Source of the DNA: Escherichia coli
GTDB lineage: Bacteria > Pseudomonadota > Gammaproteobacteria > Enterobacterales > Enterobacteriaceae
Reading direction: 5' to 3' (one strand)
Length of the DNA: 64,000 bases
Assembly (NCBI RefSeq): GCF_045037415.1
Contig: NZ_CP173438.1
Made by a program: the position numbers and the translations under genes. Shown here piece after piece: positions 57,226-64,000 of this stretch; within the stretch, counting starts at the first letter, position 1, and the number at the start of each line of letters is the position of its first letter. The notes under the pieces are model-generated. The model was given only the letters and a program-made list of their open reading frames with translations. It was not told the origin of the DNA and did not search any database.

Positions 57226-57465
57226 ATGGACTCTATTCACGGTCATGAAGTGTTAAATATGATGATTGAATCAGGCGAGCAATATACGCATGCCAGTCTG
57301 GAAGCAGCAATTAAAGCGCGTTTTGGTGAACAGGCACGTTTTCACACCTGCTCGGCAGAAGGGATGACTGCGGGAGAGTTGGTGGCGTTTCTGGCAGCAA
57401 AAGGCAAATTTATACCTTCAGAAGAAGGTTTTTCAACCGATCAGAGTAAGATTTGCCGTCACTGA
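57226..57465 (+). CDS. yecH: DUF2492 protein YecH
   Basis: 79 aa, MDSIHGHEVLNMMIESGEQY... as in K-12. Confidence 0.85.
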   Translation: MDSIHGHEVLNMMIESGEQYTHASLEAAIKARFGEQARFHTCSAEGMTAGELVAFLAAKGKFIPSEEGFSTDQSKICRH

Positions 57466-57502
57466 TTTGAAACGGCGGCAGAAAACCTGCCGCCGGAGAG
57501 CA

Positions 57503-58000
57503 TTAGTTTTGTGTGTCGAGGGTAGAGAGTTCTTTGTCGATAAAATACAGACCTTCGCCACTTTTGCCTGCCAGGCTTAATTTATCAATAATCGATTTGA
57601 ACAGTTTCTCTTCTTCATGCTGCTCAGAAACATACCATTGCAGGAAATTAAATGTTGGGTAGTCCTGATTGGTCATTGCAGCATGAGCCAGTTCGTTAAT
57701 TTTCTGCGTGATTAATTGTTCGTGTTTATAGGTTTCCTGGAATAATTCATCAAGTGAGGAATATTCAGCAAACGGAGATTCAACGGTATTAATACGCGGT
57801 AAGTTGCCGGTATCAGTCAGGTAATCAAACAGACGCTGCATATGCGTCATCTCTTCCTGGGCGTGACGGCGCAGGAACGCGGCAGCACCTTCGAAGGTAT
57901 GATAGCTGCACCAGGCGCTCATTTGCTGATAAAGCAGTGAAGAGTACAGTTCCAGGTTCATCTGCTCATTAAGTTTTTCAATCATTTCTGGTTTCAGCAT
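57503..58000 (-). CDS. ftnA: ferritin
   Basis: Start [19 protein letters not shown] gives 165 aa. Ferroxidase-centre residues present. Confidence 0.93.
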
Positions 58001-58171
58001 GATAGTGCTCCACAAAGGTTATATTTGTTGCTGTAGCGTCACTATAATTTGTTATTTTATTATTTGCAAAAGGTAAAATATAAACATCATTTATTAAAAA
58101 TACGAATGGGAATAAAACGCATTACCGCTATTTATTTAATCAGCGAAGATCCCCCTCGCTGATTAAAACGT

Positions 58172-58495
58172 TTAGAGAAAGACAGGGAAGGCGGAATGAT
58201 GGCACTGATATGACAAAGTGAATTCCGTATTCAAACATAAGGAACCCGCAAAGAGGCTACAGTTGCCTACTGGCTGACCAAAGGGGATAGCGTGGGTATA
58301 GCCTGCCTGCTGGCATGCGCGATCGGCGATCCCGCGACTGACATAACGATCGGTACGGGCATGCTGCAAAAAAGCCTGATCATAAACCAACCGAACAATA
58401 CCTGTTGCCGCGTCAACTTCGCTCACATGGGCCTGGCGAGTAACCGTACACCCCGTCAGCGTTATTAAGGAAAGAGTCAGAATCAGAAGTCTCAT
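58172..58495 (-). CDS. yecR: lipoprotein YecR
   Basis: 107 aa. Lipobox LITLTGC. Confidence 0.85.
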   Translation of the reverse strand: MRLLILTLSLITLTGCTVTRQAHVSEVDAATGIVRLVYDQAFLQHARTDRYVSRGIADRACQQAGYTHAIPFGQPVGNCSLFAGSLCLNTEFTLSYQCHHSAFPVFL

Positions 58496-58758
58496 GGTCC
58501 AGCCAGAAGAGTAAAAGAAAGCAGTATTTTACGCGTTACAGCGCTGCGACAATGGCCGGAAAAGACGCCTGGCAGGCGCTATTTCTTGCCATCTGTATGT
58601 GTCAGAAATTGGAGGGCTGCTTTTTTGATTATCATTTTTATAACATTAAAGGGGTATTTATGTGATTTACATCACATAAAGATTGATTTTTGTGATGGTT
58701 GTCATATTATAAACGCAAAGACAATAACACCTGTATAACAAATGGTCGGAGTACCGCG

Positions 58759-58845
58759 ATGAAACTGCGCAAGATCCTGAAAAGTATGTTCAATAACTAT
58801 TGCAAGACGTTCAAAGACGTACCGCCAGGCAATATGTTCCGATAA
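58759..58845 (+). CDS. azuC: 28-aa small protein AzuC (encoded on the AzuCR/IsrB dual-function RNA)
   Basis: MKLRKILKSMFNNYCKTFKDVPPGNMFR, followed by terminator AACCTGC-tccg-GCAGGTT plus T-run. Too short for the ORF track. Confidence 0.8.
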   Translation: MKLRKILKSMFNNYCKTFKDVPPGNMFR

Positions 58846-58959
58846 CAAAAAACCTGCTCCGGCAGGTTTTTTTGTGTTCTGATGACGGTGGATGTGACTA
58901 TCGCTGAAGATGTGAAGCCGCTACTATAACGGCTTTCAAAATGCTATCAGGAGTTTACG

Positions 58960-59211
58960 ATGTCCCAGCCGCTGAATGCCGATCAGGAACTGGTTTCTGA
59001 TGTGGTTGCTTGCCAGTTGGTTATCAAACAAATTCTGGATGTTCTCGATGTGATCGCGCCCGTTGAAGTTCGCGAAAAAATGTCCAGCCAGCTGAAGAAT
59101 ATCGACTTTACTAACCATCCCGCCGCCGCAGACCCGGTCACCATGCGGGCAATCCAAAAAGCCATCGCGTTGATTGAACTCAAGTTTACCCCACAGGGCG
59201 AATCCCATTAA
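58960..59211 (+). CDS. yecJ: DUF2766 protein YecJ
   Basis: 83 aa at the K-12 position. Confidence 0.85.
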
Positions 59212-59288
59212 AAAACCGCTGCTTCAAAAAAATGAGGCAGCGGTTTCTCAAAAACTTCATCGGCGCAATGCATTAGCGCCGATGATGA

Positions 59289-59792
59289 TCAATGTAGCTG
59301 ATGCGACACGACATTCAGAACATGTTGGTCGGTCTGCACAGGACACATACCAGCAAGTTTCGCACTGCGCACTTCATCAAGAATGGTTTGCAGTAACAGG
59401 CCATCATGCTGCTGTTCTTTTTCCAGATCGCGCAGGAAATTGACGGTTGAATCATCATTCAGTTCTTTCGCTTCATCGGCTAACTGTGCCAGCGTGCTTG
59501 AACGTTGCTCGTATTCTTCCATCGTTTTTTGGAACAGTTCTTCCAGAGAGTTCAGTTTTTCACCGGGAACATCAATGGCTTTAACGATGGGGGTAGCGCC
59601 GACACTCTTCATAAAGTTAAACATGCGCATCATTTGGGTCACATTACTCTGTGCCTGGGCGCGAAGGAAAGTGGCGGTGCCGTTCAGACTCTGTTCAGAA
59701 CACCAGTTACTCAGGTGAAGGTAGAGATTGGATGCGTAAAACTCGCGGTTCATTTGAGAGTTGAGTTTGAGAAGCATTCCAGCGGTTGCCAT
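59289..59792 (-). CDS. ftnB: ferritin-like protein FtnB
   Basis: 167 aa, ferritin fold. Synteny matches. Confidence 0.9.
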   Translation of the reverse strand: MATAGMLLKLNSQMNREFYASNLYLHLSNWCSEQSLNGTATFLRAQAQSNVTQMMRMFNFMKSVGATPIVKAIDVPGEKLNSLEELFQKTMEEYEQRSSTLAQLADEAKELNDDSTVNFLRDLEKEQQHDGLLLQTILDEVRSAKLAGMCPVQTDQHVLNVVSHQLH

Positions 59793-60586
59793 ACCTAATA
59801 TCCTTATATCCAGAAGTGGAGAGGTGCAAGATAAATCAAAACACCATAATTACTGTTTGCAGAATAATTCCTTTCTGCCGGTCCGAAATGTGATCGTGGA
59901 GTCAATTCTGACGATGATCTGAAATAAGAATAACGTCTGAACGGGTATAAGAAAATGCTTAAATCATCAAGTTTATATTTTTACATTTCATTGATGAAAT
60001 CAATGTAACTGTAATGAATTTTAATGATGGTGCCTTTTGTATCTTATTGATATTAATCGATGAATTTGAATTCATGATGAGGCAATGATTTTATAAAACG
60101 TTTTTTCATTTTTGCGATATGGCTCTCATTATACGTGTTCTGTTAATTAATGAGCACAGTGATAATTAATGGCGAAATGAATGACGCGCATTTTCCACAT
60201 CTTTAAGTTGCGGTTATTACACCATTGCAAAAACTCAACGCCAGGTAATGAGGCCTATTGACTGGTTAAAAAGAAGACATCCCGCATGGGTACCAAAGAC
60301 AACAAGGACTTCCAGGCTAATCTTATGGATTATTCTGCTGTGCACTCGATAATTTGTCTGACAAATTCGCTTTTCCTTATGTCTTTTCCCGCTAAATTTA
60401 TGCACGTTCTCACTGTAATTCTGCGATGTGATATTGCTCTCCTATGGAGAATTAATTTCTCGCTAAAACTATGTCAACACAGTCACTTATCTTTTAGTTA
60501 AAAGGTAATGCTTTGTTTTCCGATTAATTTAACGAATGTCATTCGTTTTTGCCCTACACAAAACGACACTAAAGCTGGAGAGAACC

Positions 60587-61576
60587 ATGCACAAATTTAC
60601 TAAAGCCCTGGCAGCCATTGGTCTGGCAGCCGTTATGTCACAATCCGCTATGGCGGAGAACCTGAAGCTCGGTTTCCTGGTGAAGCAACCGGAAGAGCCG
60701 TGGTTCCAGACCGAATGGAAGTTTGCCGATAAAGCCGGGAAGGATTTAGGGTTTGAAGTTATTAAGATTGCCGTGCCGGATGGCGAAAAAACATTGAACG
60801 CTATCGACAGCCTGGCCGCCAGTGGCGCGAAAGGTTTCGTTATTTGTACTCCGGACCCGAAACTCGGCTCTGCCATCGTGGCGAAAGCGCGTGGCTACGA
60901 TATGAAAGTCATTGCCGTGGATGACCAGTTTGTTAACGCCAAAGGTAAGCCAATGGATACCGTTCCGTTGGTGATGATGGCTGCGACCAAAATTGGCGAA
61001 CGTCAGGGCCAGGAACTGTATAAAGAGATGCAGAAACGTGGCTGGGATGTCAAAGAAAGCGCGGTGATGGCGATTACCTCCAACGAACTGGATACGGCTC
61101 GTCGCCGTACTACGGGGTCTATGGATGCGCTGAAAGCTGCAGGATTCCCGGAAAAACAAATTTATCAGGTACCGACCAAATCTAACGACATCCCGGGGGC
61201 ATTTGACGCTGCCAACTCAATGCTGGTTCAACATCCGGAAGTTAAACATTGGCTGATTGTCGGTATGAACGACAGCACCGTGCTGGGCGGCGTACGCGCG
61301 ACGGAAGGTCAGGGCTTTAAAGCGGCCGATATCATCGGTATCGGTATTAACGGTGTGGATGCGGTGAGTGAACTGTCTAAGGCGCAGGCAACCGGCTTCT
61401 ACGGTTCCCTGCTGCCAAGCCCGGACGTACATGGTTATAAGTCCAGCGAAATGCTTTACAACTGGGTTGCAAAAGGTGTTGAACCGACCAAATTCACCGA
61501 AGTTACCGACGTGGTGCTGATCACGCGTGACAACTTTAAAGAAGAACTGGAGAAAAAAGGTTTAGGCGGTAAGTAA
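60587..61576 (+). CDS. araF: L-arabinose-binding periplasmic protein
   Basis: Start MHKFTKALAAIGLAAVMSQSAMA (signal peptide) gives 329 aa. Confidence 0.95.
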   Translation: MHKFTKALAAIGLAAVMSQSAMAENLKLGFLVKQPEEPWFQTEWKFADKAGKDLGFEVIKIAVPDGEKTLNAIDSLAASGAKGFVICTPDPKLGSAIVAKARGYDMKVIAVDDQFVNAKGKPMDTVPLVMMAATKIGERQGQELYKEMQKRGWDVKESAVMAITSNELDTARRRTTGSMDALKAAGFPEKQIYQVPTKSNDIPGAFDAANSMLVQHPEVKHWLIVGMNDSTVLGGVRATEGQGFKAADIIGIGINGVDAVSELSKAQATGFYGSLLPSPDVHGYKSSEMLYNWVAKGVEPTKFTEVTDVVLITRDNFKEELEKKGLGGK

Positions 61577-61645
61577 TTTGCCGGAAAAATTCCCCTCTGC
61601 ATGATGCAGAGGGGGTGTGAACGACCAGTGATTCACGGAGACGTT

Positions 61646-63160
61646 ATGCAACAGTCTACCCCGTATCTCTCATTTCGCGGCATCGGTAAAACGTTTCCCG
61701 GCGTTAAGGCGCTGACGGATATTAGTTTTGACTGCTATGCCGGTCAGGTTCATGCGTTGATGGGTGAAAATGGCGCAGGAAAATCAACTCTCTTAAAAAT
61801 CCTCAGCGGAAACTATGCGCCAACCACGGGTTCTGTAGTGATTAATGGGCAGGAAATGTCCTTTTCCGACACGACCGCAGCACTTAACGCGGGTGTGGCG
61901 ATTATTTATCAGGAACTGCATCTCGTGCCGGAAATGACCGTCGCGGAAAATATCTATCTCGGCCAGCTGCCGCATAAAGGCGGCATTGTGAATCGTTCAT
62001 TGCTGAATTATGAGGCAGGTTTACAACTTAAACATCTTGGTATGGATATTGACCCGGACACGCCGCTGAAATATCTCTCCATTGGTCAGTGGCAGATGGT
62101 TGAAATCGCCAAAGCGCTGGCGCGTAACGCCAAAATTATCGCCTTTGATGAGCCAACCAGCTCCCTCTCTGCCCGCGAAATCGACAATCTTTTCCGCGTT
62201 ATTCGTGAATTGCGAAAAGAGGGGCGGGTGATCTTATACGTTTCTCACCGTATGGAAGAAATATTTGCCCTCAGCGATGCCATCACCGTCTTTAAAGATG
62301 GGCGTTATGTCAAAACTTTTACCAATATGCAGCAGGTTGACCACGACGCACTGGTGCAGGCGATGGTCGGGCGAGACATTGGCGATATCTACGGCTGGCA
62401 ACCGCGTAGTTATGGCGAGGAGCGGCTGCGTCTTGATGCTGTGAAAGCACCAGGCGTGCGTACGCCAATAAGTCTGGCGGTTCGCAGTGGAGAAATTGTC
62501 GGTCTGTTTGGTCTGGTCGGGGCAGGGCGTAGCGAATTAATGAAAGGCATGTTTGGCGGGACGCAAATCACCGCCGGTCAGGTTTATATCGACCAACAGC
62601 CGATCGATATTCGTAAACCGAGCCACGCCATTGCCGCAGGCATGATGCTCTGCCCGGAAGATCGCAAAGCGGAAGGCATTATTCCCGTGCACTCCGTTCG
62701 CGACAATATCAACATCAGTGCCAGACGTAAACATGTGCTTGGCGGTTGTGTAATCAACAACGGTTGGGAAGAAAACAATGCCGATCACCACATTCGTTCG
62801 CTCAACATCAAAACGCCGGGCGCTGAGCAACTGATCATGAATCTCTCAGGCGGAAATCAGCAAAAAGCCATTCTGGGCCGCTGGTTATCGGAAGAGATGA
62901 AGGTCATTTTGCTGGATGAACCTACGCGTGGCATTGATGTTGGTGCTAAGCATGAAATTTACAACGTGATTTATGCGCTGGCGGCGCAGGGTGTGGCGGT
63001 GCTGTTTGCCTCCAGCGACTTACCTGAAGTCCTCGGCGTTGCCGACCGGATTGTGGTGATGCGGGAAGGCGAAATCGCCGGTGAATTGTTACACGAGCAG
63101 GCAGATGAGCGTCAGGCACTGAGCCTTGCGATGCCTAAAGTCAGCCAGGCAGTTGCCTGA
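61646..63160 (+). CDS. araG: L-arabinose ABC transporter ATPase (duplicated ABC domains)
   Basis: Start [12 protein letters not shown] gives 504 aa. Walker [10 protein letters not shown] and a second ABC domain. Confidence 0.95.
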   Translation: MQQSTPYLSFRGIGKTFPGVKALTDISFDCYAGQVHALMGENGAGKSTLLKILSGNYAPTTGSVVINGQEMSFSDTTAALNAGVAIIYQELHLVPEMTVAENIYLGQLPHKGGIVNRSLLNYEAGLQLKHLGMDIDPDTPLKYLSIGQWQMVEIAKALARNAKIIAFDEPTSSLSAREIDNLFRVIRELRKEGRVILYVSHRMEEIFALSDAITVFKDGRYVKTFTNMQQVDHDALVQAMVGRDIGDIYGWQPRSYGEERLRLDAVKAPGVRTPISLAVRSGEIVGLFGLVGAGRSELMKGMFGGTQITAGQVYIDQQPIDIRKPSHAIAAGMMLCPEDRKAEGIIPVHSVRDNINISARRKHVLGGCVINNGWEENNADHHIRSLNIKTPGAEQLIMNLSGGNQQKAILGRWLSEEMKVILLDEPTRGIDVGAKHEIYNVIYALAAQGVAVLFASSDLPEVLGVADRIVVMREGEIAGELLHEQADERQALSLAMPKVSQAVA

Positions 63161-63171
63161 GTAAGGAGAGT

Positions 63172-64000
63172 ATGATGTCTTCTGTTTCTACATCGGGTTC
63201 TGGCGCACCTAAGTCGTCATTCAGCTTCGGGCGTATCTGGGATCAGTACGGCATGCTGGTGGTGTTTGCGGTGCTTTTTATCGCCTGTGCCATTTTTGTC
63301 CCAAATTTTGCCACCTTCATTAATATGAAAGGGTTGGGCCTGGCAATTTCCATGTCGGGGATGGTGGCTTGTGGCATGTTGTTCTGCCTTGCTTCCGGTG
63401 ACTTTGACCTTTCTGTCGCCTCCGTAATTGCCTGTGCGGGTGTCACCACGGCGGTGGTTATTAATCTGACTGAAAGCCTGTGGATTGGCGTGGCAGCGGG
63501 GTTGCTGCTGGGCATTCTCTGTGGTCTGGTCAATGGCTTTGTTATCGCCAAACTCAAAATAAATGCCCTGATCACGACACTGGCAACGATGCAGATTGTT
63601 CGAGGTCTGGCGTACATCATTTCAGACGGTAAAGCGGTCGGTATCGAAGATGAAAGCTTCTTTGCCCTTGGTTACGCCAACTGGTTCGGTCTGCCTGCGC
63701 CAATCTGGCTCACCGTCGCGTGTTTGATCATCTTTGGCTTGCTGCTGAATAAAACCACCTTTGGTCGTAATACCCTGGCGATTGGCGGGAACGAAGAGGC
63801 TGCGCGTCTGGCGGGTGTACCGGTTGTTCGCACCAAAATTATTATCTTTGTTCTCTCTGGCCTGGTATCAGCGATAGCCGGAATTATTCTGGCTTCACGT
63901 ATGACCAGTGGGCAGCCAATGACGTCGATTGGTTATGAGCTGATTGTGATCTCCGCCTGCGTTTTAGGTGGCGTTTCTCTGAAAGGCGGCATCGGAAAAA
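63172..64000 (+). CDS. araH: L-arabinose ABC transporter permease, N-terminal part (runs off the right edge)
   Basis: MMSSVSTSGSGAPKSSFSFGRIWDQYGMLVVFAV... open to the window end. Confidence 0.9.
   Translation, partial: MMSSVSTSGSGAPKSSFSFGRIWDQYGMLVVFAVLFIACAIFVPNFATFINMKGLGLAISMSGMVACGMLFCLASGDFDLSVASVIACAGVTTAVVINLTESLWIGVAAGLLLGILCGLVNGFVIAKLKINALITTLATMQIVRGLAYIISDGKAVGIEDESFFALGYANWFGLPAPIWLTVACLIIFGLLLNKTTFGRNTLAIGGNEEAARLAGVPVVRTKIIIFVLSGLVSAIAGIILASRMTSGQPMTSIGYELIVISACVLGGVSLKGGIGK

Noticed and set aside
60286-60501. 71-aa ORF in the ftnB-araF intergenic region.
   Set aside because: It lies in AT-rich regulatory DNA upstream of araF, has no RBS and an implausible hydrophobic/low-complexity sequence.

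Overview
E. coli-type chromosome segment, colinear (in reverse orientation) with the K-12 map as I remember it. The order is fliD'-fliC-fliA-fliZ-tcyJ-dcyD-tcyL-tcyN-sdiA-yecF-uvrY-uvrC-pgsA-glyW-cysT-leuZ // yecA-tyrP-yecH-ftnA-yecR-azuC-yecJ-ftnB-araF-araG-araH'. At // a ~42.7 kb tailed prophage sits in the 3' end of tRNA-Leu leuZ, bounded by perfect 125-bp direct repeats (12245-12369 and 54857-54981).

Prophage layout:
- Integrase, excisionase-like gene and a leftward early operon: CsrA-like 60-aa protein, Gp157-like protein, 738-aa protein with a Rad52/Sak-like C-terminal domain.
- An ~850-bp ORF-free, GC-rich leader behind a putative pL.
- Immunity region (frameshifted HTH repressor, Cro-like gene), then replication genes (O-like initiator, DnaB-like helicase).
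- Small nin-like genes and an ORF6N-type Ant-like gene.
- A ~6 kb AT-rich cargo island (24.6-30.7 kb).
- A LexA box in front of a small ORF, followed by DUF1367-like, DUF1364 and Q-like genes, then the lysis cassette.
- Lambda-type packaging and head genes (Nu1/A/W/B/C/D/E-like) joined to a P2-type contractile tail (V/W/J/I/H, sheath, tube, chaperone, tape measure, U/X/D).

Most interesting observations:
1. A stand-alone ImmA/IrrE (HELGH) peptidase coupled to a two-TM protein in the cargo island. A remnant copy of that gene's 3' end lies 3.4 kb away, marking a cassette swap.
2. The ORF-free structured pL leader, and a recurring GAGGAAAGACC / GCCTGACCAGCG motif family at gene starts.
3. A phage CsrA-like protein.
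4. An SOS (LexA) box upstream of the Q operon.
5. Four single-base frameshifts confined to prophage genes (repressor, major capsid, gpZ-like, gpD-like).

No CRISPR array, IS element or rRNA was seen. All functional calls rest on my reading of motifs and remembered protein sequences; no database search was possible.
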